Assembly: GCA_018302265.1 (NCBI GenBank)
Contig: JAGVZV010000029.1
Coordinates: 1 to 34,049 of the forward strand
DNA from: Candidatus Woesearchaeota archaeon
GTDB taxonomy: Archaea > Nanobdellota > Nanobdellia > SCGC-AAA011-G17 > JAFCDX01
Length of the DNA: 34,049 nt
Direction of reading: 5' to 3'
The position numbers and the translations under genes are program-made. Shown here one piece after another: positions 18,501 through 29,300 of the stretch. Within the stretch, counting starts at the first letter, position 1. Each line of letters opens with the position of its first letter. The notes beneath the pieces are model-generated. The model saw only the letters and a program-made list of their open reading frames with translations. It made no database searches and was not told the origin of the DNA.

Positions 18501-18981
18501 AATTGAAGCTCTTGGTTCATACAAATTATATTTACTGACGCAGGATAATCCAAGTGTTGATGAGCGCGGTGCTGATAGTGATGTAGTGCTTGCTCCATTC
18601 TTCAGATACGGTGATTCAGTAATACAAGCATACTTGCATCAATACGGAAGATACAGCATACAGCTTCAAGAGGAATTAAAGGGATTGTCAGCAGGTCTTG
18701 CTGGTGCATACACCCCAAAAAGCGACAGACTAAGCGGTTTTGCTTTTGCAGGATTCCCGGTGTCAGATGAGGACATGCAGGCTTATAATTTTGGAGCTGG
18801 ATTATCATTCAGGCCATTAAAAGATAAAAATTTCTATCTTAATTTAGCTGGAGAATTCGATCAAGAAACATATAACCAAGGCAGTGATGAAATAATGAAT
18901 CAGGGTTCATCTGTTGGGCTTAGCGTAAGCAACAGAAACTTGATTGATCTAAGGCCATATCTAACTAATCTATTACACTGA
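15523..18981 (+). CDS. Large membrane-anchored hypothetical protein with a predicted C-terminal beta-barrel
   Basis: RFKKWAKR plus a hydrophobic segment near aa 135-160; about 14 amphipathic beta-strands in the last ~290 aa; promoter GAAAGCTTTAAATA at ~15462. Confidence 0.75.
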   Translation: MVKEKTPKTPQSKTNVIPASESDNKQCLQLFPFYFLPANKNFEEFENIYGSLGEPKKKEVLTPQDKHDAGFVETGTKNNPANPRDYKFGEALVPDDKLKGEQPGQGGHFSEVDDRYNKNKEPAPNAQTAKGSPSRFKKWAKRAVVGLAATALISTGIGYCRGEKVCYDITNKKVATMCYAQQTPGLNRIDFIQNSNLINNHNRMYAAKNETLDKKFLAQFSEEEKNLSAIPVSYEAQDVPKEAEQVKETTGFPQVTGKVVKKKEKITTSGYAVRHPGIEEMGLSLHFEGGKLYYLVNSDVLEFSKSDGRGLEAIVYAPDEFNLAPLKAEFNECGLSSIDLGKDAGKYQLAAVALKQAPTSPVDRVEGQGLIIASSRFDTNIQDKNIQTQLEKGYECITPKDKEQLEGVIGEVAENTAPAMFNALDIRKAKIGEPFEAYAFAIDKEDSASIVVRGIPGRDDNKKYNFGTESADVDINTIPPLAEIVRANKVVVSSYRVISENPIKDDFVTGLCALDQNHEDISVEKQCSDYAVTFDKEDGKATVSVVSAQEQGPDVIAKEKVSSAAHGKRRVHSIWDAWSPSQSRSTITEETITEGQPIGLEETVVVAGTAAKAQEDGFEMQLRRRFPLRNQNYIDLEKAVKNPDELRRFYIPEENYGRGYVVHMLNADQNQDKKIVFTNYFEDGTSVSKLLKINRHGSVKIKKRMLEGAVSTIEDPVSHDLLAVKNVDGKLQAYYIYDSSETVVPYDTLDENKDASTELPEGDYGLRPSAERFMHDNYMVKVSLNGEERTSNEDEVEFSLKGGDELNIKTEGHSPPERAYYNEIKIKVEKNREEKQTEESKKTQEVKEDAPKVSLSRETRLPKVSYEAGVSLSDNSGKVESSAWENEYQESGYEGNIDVSYLIKDALRLGITTRFGQSESDIDNIGEADTTTLSIGGYGDLRLDKNQTNLRLFGLYDRTNEKSKIELLGSNIEQDAITDRMLGDVQLDVNGLGIEALGSYKLYLLTQDNPSVDERGADSDVVLAPFFRYGDSVIQAYLHQYGRYSIQLQEELKGLSAGLAGAYTPKSDRLSGFAFAGFPVSDEDMQAYNFGAGLSFRPLKDKNFYLNLAGEFDQETYNQGSDEIMNQGSSVGLSVSNRNLIDLRPYLTNLLH

Positions 18982-19005
18982 TCATAATTTATTGGGAAGG
19001 CAAAT

Positions 19006-21378
19006 ATGAAATTGAAAGGGGGGTTAGTCGGAATAGTAATATTTTTGATGTTTTTAGTAGTTCTGACTCCTGCATTCTCAGCTGTTTCTATTACAATAAG
19101 CCCGGCAAATCCGGATGACAGTAATGATTTAACCTGCTTGATGAATGGAAAAACAAGCGGATTTAATGCAAAGTGGAAGGGAAGCGGAGTGACCCAGCAG
19201 GGAATTATAGTAAACCCTCTGCCAGCGTCAAAGACGCAAATTGGAACAGCCAAGTGCGAAGCATGGGTTCCAAATCCATTGGGAAATCCTATTCTTGCTG
19301 GAAGCGCTTCTGCAACAGTAACTTCTGTAGATACTTGCGCAGGAAATCATGCTCCAACATTGAATATATCCAATCAAAGTGTTGATCAGACAAGTACATT
19401 AATCCTAAACTTAAGGGATTATTCTTCAGACCAGGATGGAAATGCACTTAATTATACTGTAAGAAACGAGAATATATCACAAGCTGACTGCTCAATATCC
19501 GGAAGAACGCTTACCATAACACCAGTTTCAAGCTTTAGCGGAATGGCTTCCTGCAGAATAAGAGCAACAGATACTTGCAATGCTTTTGCAGACAGCACAT
19601 TCAATATAAGTGTTAATTTCGTTGATACAACAAATCCAATTGTCAGTTTAATAGACCATATTACACTGGATGAGGATACAACTGCAACACTTGCACTTGA
19701 TGATTATGTTTCAGACAATAACCCTGATTCTACTCTAACATGGACAGTAACAGGGAATACAAATATTCAGATAACAATAGATCCAGTAACACACGTTGCT
19801 ACTTTTGTGCCTGCAGGAAACTGGTCAGGACAAGAGGATGTAACATTCACAGCTTATGATCCTTCTGGTAATTACGGACAGGATAATGTAAGAGTAATAG
19901 TTAATCCTGTTAATGATGCTCCTTGGATAGATCCTGTAATACCAGACCAAACTGCACAAGAGGATTCTGCACCATGGAGTCTTGATTTAAAAAATTATCA
20001 GCATGATGTTGAGTCAAGCACTTTAATATGGACAGTTTCAGGAGTTGATGCAAGTTTGTTAATTATAACAATAGACGCAAACAGCAATGCAATTTTCACT
20101 CTTGTTCCTAACAGAGACGGCAATGATACTGTTACATTTACGCTAAGCGATGGTCTTGCTTCAGTTTCACAGGATGTTTTAGTAACTGTGACCCCTATAA
20201 ATCACGCTCCTGTAATAATTGCATTCTCACCTGTGCTAAATGTTGTAATGAACGAGGGAAGCTCGCAATTATTTGCAATAACAGCATCTGATCTTGATAA
20301 TGATACTTTAGTATATGATTGGCTGCTTGATGGAGTTTCAGTTTCAAACACAAATGAATTTAATTATTCTGCTTTGAACGGACCTGAAACTCATACTTTA
20401 CTTGTAAATGTTTCTGATGGTTTGCTAAGTGCAAGTGTTACATGGACTATTAATATTTTAAATTTGCCTCCAACAATTAGTGCAGCAGCAGATATAGTGA
20501 ATGAATCACAGACAACAACTGTAACAGCAAATGCAAGTGATCCAGGAATAAATGATGCTTTAACATACTCATTTGATTTTAATAATGATGGGTCATTTGA
20601 AGTTCAGGATTCTGTTTCAAATATTGCAACTTACACATGGATGGATGACGGAATTTATCCTATAAGAATAATTGTGGATGATAATGATGGCGGTACTGCC
20701 AGTATAATAATAAATGCTGAGGTTCTTGATCTTGGACCAACAGCAGTAATAAATGCTCTTTTAACAGTAACTAATGAAGGAAGCCCATTAATCTTTGATG
20801 GAAATCTATCAACATCATACCCTGATACAATAGCATTATATGAATGGGACTGGAATTATGATGGAACATTCGCAGCAGAAGACACAGGATCTGATGCATC
20901 TCATATATGGATGGATAATGGAACTTATGTTGTAGGTTTAAGAGTAATTGATGAGGATGGCTCAATGAATATTGCTGCAATAAGCATAGATGTTCTTGAT
21001 CTTGGACCTGTTGCAGACTTTATATTTTCATCCAATAACAGTTTTGCAGAGCCAAGCACTGTTTCATTTATTGATACATCATTCTCATACCCTGACTTGA
21101 TAGTTTCATGGTCATGGGACTTTGATAATAATGGTGTAGAAGATTTAAATATACAGTTCCCAACACACGATTTCATACAGAATGGAACTTATCCTGTAAC
21201 TTTAATGGTAATTGATGAGGATGGCTCTAATAGTACAATAACAAGAGATGTTGTTATATATGATACTCACCCAGTTATAACTGATTTATCCGGTCCATTG
21301 AGTATTGTAGAAGGAAATGAAGCAACATTCAATTCTGCTGCAGCAAGTTCCAGAATGGAACTTATGAAGTTATTTTAA
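19006..21378 (+). CDS. Giant PKD/cadherin-like surface glycoprotein, 5' part
   Basis: Signal peptide, NHAP/VNDAP Ig/cadherin-like repeats and WDFDNNG PKD repeats; breaks mid-PKD at ~21350. Confidence 0.85.
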   Translation: MKLKGGLVGIVIFLMFLVVLTPAFSAVSITISPANPDDSNDLTCLMNGKTSGFNAKWKGSGVTQQGIIVNPLPASKTQIGTAKCEAWVPNPLGNPILAGSASATVTSVDTCAGNHAPTLNISNQSVDQTSTLILNLRDYSSDQDGNALNYTVRNENISQADCSISGRTLTITPVSSFSGMASCRIRATDTCNAFADSTFNISVNFVDTTNPIVSLIDHITLDEDTTATLALDDYVSDNNPDSTLTWTVTGNTNIQITIDPVTHVATFVPAGNWSGQEDVTFTAYDPSGNYGQDNVRVIVNPVNDAPWIDPVIPDQTAQEDSAPWSLDLKNYQHDVESSTLIWTVSGVDASLLIITIDANSNAIFTLVPNRDGNDTVTFTLSDGLASVSQDVLVTVTPINHAPVIIAFSPVLNVVMNEGSSQLFAITASDLDNDTLVYDWLLDGVSVSNTNEFNYSALNGPETHTLLVNVSDGLLSASVTWTINILNLPPTISAAADIVNESQTTTVTANASDPGINDALTYSFDFNNDGSFEVQDSVSNIATYTWMDDGIYPIRIIVDDNDGGTASIIINAEVLDLGPTAVINALLTVTNEGSPLIFDGNLSTSYPDTIALYEWDWNYDGTFAAEDTGSDASHIWMDNGTYVVGLRVIDEDGSMNIAAISIDVLDLGPVADFIFSSNNSFAEPSTVSFIDTSFSYPDLIVSWSWDFDNNGVEDLNIQFPTHDFIQNGTYPVTLMVIDEDGSNSTITRDVVIYDTHPVITDLSGPLSIVEGNEATFNSAAASSRMELMKLF

Positions 21379-24300
21379 CTATTTACGAAGCTGATGGAGA
21401 TTACAACACCTCTTCATGGAATATAACGGTCCAGGATACTGTTCCAGTTGCAATTGCAAGATCAGATTTCGTTTTTGTTAATGAAGGAATACCACTGCAA
21501 TTCTATGGAAACAGTTCAACAGCTTATGATGGAATTTTATCATACTCATGGAATTTCTCTGACGGAACTCCATTGGACACTTTAGACAATCCTGCACATA
21601 CATTTGTGCAAGATGGAATTTATGATGTTTATCTAACTGTAACTGACAATGATGGAAGCGTAAACACAACAAGATTAACAGTCGGTGTAATTGACATTAA
21701 CCCAATTGCAAACTTTTCATTCTTGCCAATAAATCCATTGGAAACAGAGCTGGTTGACTTTGCAGATTCATCTTATAGCTATGATGGTATAATCAATTGG
21801 TCTTGGAACTTTGGAGATGGAAATATAACGCAAGGGGTACAGAATCCAGCGCATAATTACAATTCCGGAAATTATAATATAACTTTAACAGTATTTGAAG
21901 CTGATGGAGATACAAGTTCAGTAACATATCCTATCAGAGTAAATGATACTGAACCAGTTGCAAATTTCATTTATGCACCAAACCCAGCAAATGAATGGGA
22001 TAATGTAACATTCACAAGCACAAGCACTTATCCGCACGATCAAATAGTCTCATGGCTGTGGAATTTTGGTGATGGTTCAACAGCAAGCGGAGAAATAGTA
22101 AATCACATTTATGCAAGCAATGGAACTTACAATGTTACACTTACAATAACAGATTCGGATGGAAGCGTTGATAGCATTGCACAAACCCTCGATGTACAAA
22201 ATGTTCCTGTTCAGGTAACACTGACAGCAAATCCATTAAATGGAAATGAGCCACTGAATGTTTCATTCACATGCACAGCAACAGGAAATGCTCCTTTCAC
22301 TTACTCATTTAATTTCTTGACAGGAAGCATAACAACAAACAGCTCAAGCTTTATTATAAATACAACTTACAATAACGGAACATACAATGCAACTTGCTCG
22401 GTAATTGATGCAGACGGAGATACGAATGTTAGTTCACAATTAATAAATGTAGATGATTTAGCTCCGCAGACAGCATTTTATTACAGTCCATTAAATCCAA
22501 TTGAAAATGAATCCATTAATTTCACAGATAATTCAACTTATGTAGTTGATCCTATCACTGATTGGTCATGGAATTTTGGTGATGGTAATGCAAGTGCATT
22601 GAGAAATCCAACACATAGCTATTTACAGAATGGAAATTATGCTGTAACTCTGACAACAACAGATGTTGACGGTTCAGTAAATTCAACTTCTCAGATAGTA
22701 GCTGTAGGAGATACAGTGCCAACAGTACTAATAGTTGCTCCAAGCACTGCAGTGGAGAATACAACTGTTACATTTACTGGATTTGGAGCAGGTTATGACA
22801 TACCGCTAAATTATTCATGGGACTTTGATGCAAACAATGGAATTACAGAGGAAGCTACAGGGCAGATTGCAACTAATAGATACCTGCAGAATGGAACTTA
22901 TATTGTTACTTTAACCATAACTGATAATGATGGGGATACAGCGAGTGCAACACACACTATTAATATAACTGATACAACCCCAATAGCAGTAGCACAAGCT
23001 AATCCGTATCCTTCTGTTGCAGAGGGTGTTTCAGTGCAGTTTGATGCAAGCAATTCAACTGGCTATGATCAGCCACTGACTTATTTATGGAATTTTGGAG
23101 ATAGTTCAACAAGCACTTTAGTAAGTCCAACCCATGTTTATACAGACCAAGGAAATTATGCTGTGATATTGACAGTAAGAGATAATGATGGGTCAACAAA
23201 TACAGCTATTCTGAATCTGGCTGTAGCAGATGCAGTTCCAGTAGCAGACTTTACTTTTGTTCCAGTAAATCCAAATGAGGGAAGCCTAGTTCAGTTTAAT
23301 GATTTATCAACGCCTGGTTATGATGGTATTGTGTCCTGGTTCTGGGATTTTGGTGATGGAAGCAATAGTACTTTACAAAATCCAGCACACACTTACGTGG
23401 ATAATGGAGTCTATACAATAATCCTGACTGTTAATGATTCAGACGGTTCAGTTGCAAGTGATACAACTCCGATACAAGTTAATAATGTCAATCCAATTGC
23501 TAATGCAAATGGCCCTTACGCATGCGGCTTAGGAAGTTCTGTATCTTTGAATGGAAGTGTATCAGATCCTGGAAATGATACTCTCACTTTTGCTTGGGAT
23601 TTAGACAATAACGGGGTTTACGAAACAAGTGGGCAGAATGTAACATATAGTTGTTTAGTAGAAGGAGTGCATGATATTGCTTTACAGGTTACAGATGATG
23701 ATTTGGGTGCTGATACTGACAATACAAATGTAACTGTTTATAACATTGTAATAAATGAATTTGAATCTAATAACGGTATTAATAATTCAGAATGGATAGA
23801 AGTATTTAATCCATCAACAAGTATAATCAATTTAAATAATTGGTATATTCAAGATAGAAGTGGAAATGGGTTTAATCTTACAGGAATATTAAATCCAAAT
23901 AATTATACAATAATTTCTATGTCAAATAGATTAGATAATGGTGGTGAGGACTTAGCATTATATGCTTATGGAATTATCATTGACAATGTAAATTATAATT
24001 TAGCAGATGATGGAAGTATTCCTAATAATTGTTGGGCAAGAGTTCCAAATGGTGTAGACACAAATACAATGGCAGATTGGATATTCCAATTATGTACAAG
24101 AGGAGCAACCAATAATTTAGTAGTAAACACTGCACCAACTTTAGCGATATTACCAGACCAGAATTATTTACAAGATTCTGGATCCCATGATAATGTTATT
24201 GACATATGGGCTTACGCTAGTGATGCACAAGATGCAGATAGTGTAATGACTTATTCCATTATTTCAGAAACAAACACAGCAGTTGTTGATTGTTTAATTG

Positions 24301-26342
24301 ATTTAAACAGGTACATTAATTGTAGTGTACAAGCTGGAATGATTGGATTCTCAGATGTTACAGTAAGAGTAACAGATACTGGATTACTAACAGCTGATGA
24401 TACATTCAGAGTAAATGTTAATCCACTTGGATTGCCTCAGTGCTCAGACGGCGTTGATAATGACGGAGATTTGTTAACCGATGCAAATGATGCAGGATGT
24501 TATAATGGAGTTGGGATATATGATCCTAGCGACAATGATGAATTAAATAATGGAGCATTCCAGTGCAATGATGGACTGGATAATGATGGAGATACATTTG
24601 TGGATTGGAATTATGATGCACAATGTTCAAGCCCAATCGATAATAGCGAAGCTCCTATAACAGCACAATGTTCAGACGGAATTGATAATGATGGTGATGG
24701 AGATATTGATTATCCTAATGATCCTGGCTGTGTTGATACTTCAGACAATGATGAAACAGACCCAGTACCAATGCCATTGTGCTCTGATGGATTGGATAAT
24801 GACGGAGATCTTTTGATAGATTATCTTTCAGATCCTGGATGTACAAGCGCTTCTGATAATGATGAAACTAATGTTGTGATAACACAATGCAATGATGGAA
24901 TTGATAATGACGGAGATTTGTTAACCGATGCAAATGATGCAGGATGTTACACTAGCGGAGTTTACGATCCAAATGATGTTAGTGAAGTAAATACATTACC
25001 CCAATGTTCAGACTTTTTTGATAATGATGCTGATACATTTACAGATTATCCAACAGATATAGGCTGTTTAAATGCAGTTGATAATGATGAATCAAATCCA
25101 TTGCAAACAATAATAAATTCATTTATCTACGGAACTTATTACCCCCTTAATTTTGAATGGCAGGTAGTCGAAGTTCCTGTAATAAGCTCTACAATAAAAG
25201 ATTCTAGCATTATGGGAATCACAGCAAATTTCATAACAAATTCAAACATAACTGGAAGTTCATTAACCCTTGTTGCTGGTGCTGGTGAAACACCAAACGT
25301 AAATAATTGTGTATTAATTGATTCTACTTACACTTATTATGATTGTGTTGATGTTTACATAGACCCATCAGATATATTTATGAGTAATGTTGGTGGATCA
25401 ACAATTACAGACTCGCATATATGGTATTCAATATCAACAAATTCAGATATTTCCAATAGCACAATTGATAATTCTACTGTTACAGGGAGCACAATTAATA
25501 ATGCTACAATTAATTATGCTGTCATAAATAGTAATATAATTAGTTCTGGAACAATAACTATCAATGGAAGATACTATAATGCAACTGAAAGGGGTTCAAT
25601 GAATATCAATAGAATAGCTAATAATATCGTACCTGTTGCAAATGCTGGTTCTGACCAGAGTGTATCAACAGGAGCTACAGTTACTTTAAATGCAGGTTCA
25701 AGTTCTGATGCAAACAGTGATAGTTTAACCTACAGATGGGTGCAAAATTTAGGAATAAACGTTACTATAAATAATCAAAACACTGCGGTTGCAACATTTA
25801 ATACTTCTTTGGATGGAATATATACATTTAAGTTGGTTGTTGATGACGGAATAACAAACAATTCAGATTCGGTTACAATAACTGCTTCAACACCATGCAC
25901 AAATTGCGGTGGCGGAGGCGGTGGCGGAGGTGGAAGCCCTGGAGAATTAATATGTTCAGTAGAATTATTCAATTGCACAGAGTGGAGCAATTGTAATCCA
26001 GATGGAACAATGACAAGAGCATGTGTGCCAAATAGAAAATGTATCTGGGGAACTAAACCACAAACAAATGGTACATGCACTTATTACCCAAAAGAAACAA
26101 CTCCGGTGGTTGTAAATGAAACTGAAGAACCAGCAGAAACTCCTGTGGGAGCAGTTACATATAACTTAGGACCGATTATACTGACAAAAGACCAGTTATT
26201 ATACGGCGGGATTGGATTAGGAATAATTTTGCTTATGCTGATTGGATTAATTGTTTATAAACTAACAAGACCAAAAATAATAGAACACACCAGTCCGGTT
26301 AATCCAGTAGCAAAAGACTTTGTTAAAAAGAGAAAGAGGTAA
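21351..26342 (+). CDS. Giant surface glycoprotein, 3' part (PKD repeats, lamin-tail-like domain, QCSDGxDNDGD repeats, Ser/Ile-rich solenoid, poly-Gly, C-terminal TM)
   Basis: The frame is open with PKD sequence from 21351 (QNGTYEVILTIYEADGD), before the TTG 21573 call. Many WNFGDG motifs, IVINEFES..EWIEVFN, and a TM followed by KKRKR. Confidence 0.88.
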   Translation, partial: QNGTYEVILTIYEADGDYNTSSWNITVQDTVPVAIARSDFVFVNEGIPLQFYGNSSTAYDGILSYSWNFSDGTPLDTLDNPAHTFVQDGIYDVYLTVTDNDGSVNTTRLTVGVIDINPIANFSFLPINPLETELVDFADSSYSYDGIINWSWNFGDGNITQGVQNPAHNYNSGNYNITLTVFEADGDTSSVTYPIRVNDTEPVANFIYAPNPANEWDNVTFTSTSTYPHDQIVSWLWNFGDGSTASGEIVNHIYASNGTYNVTLTITDSDGSVDSIAQTLDVQNVPVQVTLTANPLNGNEPLNVSFTCTATGNAPFTYSFNFLTGSITTNSSSFIINTTYNNGTYNATCSVIDADGDTNVSSQLINVDDLAPQTAFYYSPLNPIENESINFTDNSTYVVDPITDWSWNFGDGNASALRNPTHSYLQNGNYAVTLTTTDVDGSVNSTSQIVAVGDTVPTVLIVAPSTAVENTTVTFTGFGAGYDIPLNYSWDFDANNGITEEATGQIATNRYLQNGTYIVTLTITDNDGDTASATHTINITDTTPIAVAQANPYPSVAEGVSVQFDASNSTGYDQPLTYLWNFGDSSTSTLVSPTHVYTDQGNYAVILTVRDNDGSTNTAILNLAVADAVPVADFTFVPVNPNEGSLVQFNDLSTPGYDGIVSWFWDFGDGSNSTLQNPAHTYVDNGVYTIILTVNDSDGSVASDTTPIQVNNVNPIANANGPYACGLGSSVSLNGSVSDPGNDTLTFAWDLDNNGVYETSGQNVTYSCLVEGVHDIALQVTDDDLGADTDNTNVTVYNIVINEFESNNGINNSEWIEVFNPSTSIINLNNWYIQDRSGNGFNLTGILNPNNYTIISMSNRLDNGGEDLALYAYGIIIDNVNYNLADDGSIPNNCWARVPNGVDTNTMADWIFQLCTRGATNNLVVNTAPTLAILPDQNYLQDSGSHDNVIDIWAYASDAQDADSVMTYSIISETNTAVVDCLIDLNRYINCSVQAGMIGFSDVTVRVTDTGLLTADDTFRVNVNPLGLPQCSDGVDNDGDLLTDANDAGCYNGVGIYDPSDNDELNNGAFQCNDGLDNDGDTFVDWNYDAQCSSPIDNSEAPITAQCSDGIDNDGDGDIDYPNDPGCVDTSDNDETDPVPMPLCSDGLDNDGDLLIDYLSDPGCTSASDNDETNVVITQCNDGIDNDGDLLTDANDAGCYTSGVYDPNDVSEVNTLPQCSDFFDNDADTFTDYPTDIGCLNAVDNDESNPLQTIINSFIYGTYYPLNFEWQVVEVPVISSTIKDSSIMGITANFITNSNITGSSLTLVAGAGETPNVNNCVLIDSTYTYYDCVDVYIDPSDIFMSNVGGSTITDSHIWYSISTNSDISNSTIDNSTVTGSTINNATINYAVINSNIISSGTITINGRYYNATERGSMNINRIANNIVPVANAGSDQSVSTGATVTLNAGSSSDANSDSLTYRWVQNLGINVTINNQNTAVATFNTSLDGIYTFKLVVDDGITNNSDSVTITASTPCTNCGGGGGGGGGSPGELICSVELFNCTEWSNCNPDGTMTRACVPNRKCIWGTKPQTNGTCTYYPKETTPVVVNETEEPAETPVGAVTYNLGPIILTKDQLLYGGIGLGIILLMLIGLIVYKLTRPKIIEHTSPVNPVAKDFVKKRKR

Positions 26343-26351
26343 GGTTTTGAT

Positions 26352-29300
26352 ATGAAACAAATATTTAAATTATTTTTATTTTTTATTTTTACGGTTTTAT
26401 TAACTAATTTTGTATATGCTGTTTGGGATGTGGATATTCCTTATTCTGGGGGTATTAGTATTAATACTAATGATCTATTAAATGAGAATTATACAATCAG
26501 CGTTACTCTAGATACATTTACTTTGATATCTGAAGGTAAAATGATGCCTGATTGCTCTGATATTTATGTTGTATACGATGAACTTATAGAATTGGACAGA
26601 ACGGTTTACTATTGTAACACTGATTATTCTAAGATAGAATTTATGTTAAAAGAATTTATACCAAAGAATACAGTTGAGAATGCACATTATAAAATCTATT
26701 ATGGTAATCTCACACACCAAGCAGAATCAGATAAAAATAAAATATATCTGTTGTGGGATGATTTTGATGATGGTGATTTAAATCTTAGCAAGTGGCAAAT
26801 TATAGATGCCGGATTTTCAGAAAGCGGTACAACTCTAAATGTACCAAGTGGTAACCCTAAAAGAATGAAATCTGTTAACATTTTTGGGTTAAATAAAACA
26901 TTGATAGCAAATGTTAGTTTTACAAATACAGGTGTAGACCAGCAGGTTGTTGGTTTTGATTGTGCAAATACATGTCATATACAAGGGGGTCAAAATATAG
27001 TAATCTTCCATGATTTTGGGGACCCATCATTCCTTTATGGTTTACAAACTAGCTGGATTGCAACCGGTTCATATGGACTGTATTCTAGAACAGCATTCAA
27101 TGGACAAGTGTATAACAATAATTATAATCTATATCAAATTGATAGAGCTTCAAATTCAGCAAAATTTTACATAAATAACATATCCTTTGGGGAAATTTCT
27201 TCAAACTTGCCTAGGATAGAAACTCCTATCGGAATATCTACCAGTAATTATCCATTTACTGTAGACTCAGTACTAGTTAAAGAATACGTAGATAATGCAC
27301 CAGTGGTTGATATTATAGTACCAATAATAATAGCAAATTTTTCCTATGAACCAGTATCTCCTTATGAAAAAGAAGCTGTTCACTTTATCGATACTTCTAT
27401 TTCAACATATGATATAATAAATTACCAATGGACTTTTGGTGATACTGGAACATCGACAAATAGAAATCCTTATCATATTTACAATACACAAGGTAATTAT
27501 GATGTTACTTTAACTATCAGGGATGTAAATGGAACTGAAAGCAGTTTAACTCTCCCACTAACAATCTTGGATTCAGTACCAACTGTCTCAGCAGGCCAAG
27601 ATCAGATAGTATCAGAAGGAGAGCTTGTTAATTTTAATGGCATTGGTTCAGGAAATGATCAGCCTTTATCTTACTCATGGAATTTTGGGGATGGAGAAAT
27701 AGGAACAGGACAATCTGTATCCCATCTATATGCCCAAGATGGTGTTTACATTGTAACACTCATTGCAACAGACAGCGATGGTTCACAGGATAGCGATAAT
27801 TTACTTGTTATTGCTGAGGATACAAATCCAAATATATTTGTTGCTTCAGATACCAATTTTATACAAGAAAATATGGCTGTCCAATTTTATTCTACTGGCT
27901 CCAATGCATATGATTCTCCTTTAAGCTACTCATGGAGCTTTGGTGATCTTTTAACAAGTAATGAAGAAAATCCAATACATATTTTCACACAAAATGGAAT
28001 CTACATTGTTATTTTGACTATTACAGACAGCGATGGAAGCACTAACAGCACAAATTTGACAATAATTGTTACGGACACTGTACCAATGGCTGATGCAGGT
28101 ATTGATAGAACTGCAGTTGTAGATCGTTTAGTCCAATTTGATGCAAGCAATTCAACTGGCTATGATCGGCCTTTAACCTATTTCTGGGACTTTGGAGATG
28201 ATGGAACAATAGACTCAACCGGGGTAACAGCATCAAATACATATACTGCTTCTGGAATCTACACTATTAAATTATTGGTGATGGATAGTGATTTAGACAC
28301 AGCACAAGATATCATAACCATAGATGTAATTGAAAATAGTCCTCCGATAGTCTCGGACATTCCTGATTTTGGCTTTGATGAAAATACGGTATATAATTTA
28401 AACCTTGATGATTATGTCTTGGACCAAGAAGACCCTGATTCAGAATTGGTATGGACAGTAACAGGAAATACAAATATTCAAATTACAATTGATCCATTAA
28501 CACATGTTGCTGCATTCATACCTACTCCTTATTGGGTTGGATCAGAGATTGTAACATTTAGTGTTTGTGATCCTGGCATTTTATGTAATCAAGATGGTCT
28601 AGAAGTAACTGTGAATCATGTAAATATTGCTCCAGAAGCCTGGATTGTTTCTCCAACAGATGGAAACTCGTTTGTACAGGATACAATTATAAACTTTTTT
28701 GGGGTAGGGATGGACTTAGAAGACGGAAATTTAACAGGATCTTCATTAAAATGGGCATCAGATATTGATGGTTTGTTAGGATATGGTGAGTCTATCAATA
28801 TCCAAACTTTAACTATAGGAACGCATGTAATAACTCTAAATGTTAGCGACTCTAATGGTTCCAGCGATACTTATTCAATTAGTATTGAGATTATTCCGGA
28901 ACAAATAAACAAAGAAATACAGGTTTTTATAGACGGTAATAATTTGCTGAATGCAACATTTGAGGGGTACAGATATGGCGCAGATTATATGGGGATTTTA
29001 ACTCATTATAGCCCAGAGAGTACTGCTAAGTTTTTCTCATGGAGTCTATATTTTCCCGCATCCAATATTGCATTAAATATGAACTATTCAAGTGGGATTT
29101 GTAGCATATCTAATATGACAATATTTGAAACAAGATATGATTGGACTGAACCAAGAATCACAAATTATTTAATGGGAGACGAATACGTTTCTGGTGTGTG
29201 TGATCTTGATATGGCAAACCAGATTTTATCAATTAGTACAAGTGAAGCAAACCCTGTAACAAATGTAGATAGGGATACCGATGGATTCACGAAGGAAATG

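Noticed and set aside
21340-21378. Programmed ribosomal frameshift joining the PKD ORFs
   Set aside because: There is no slippery heptamer, and part of the domain is missing, which a frameshift cannot restore.
25908-25935. GC-rich patch as an RNA element
   Set aside because: It is explained by the poly-Gly linker codons.
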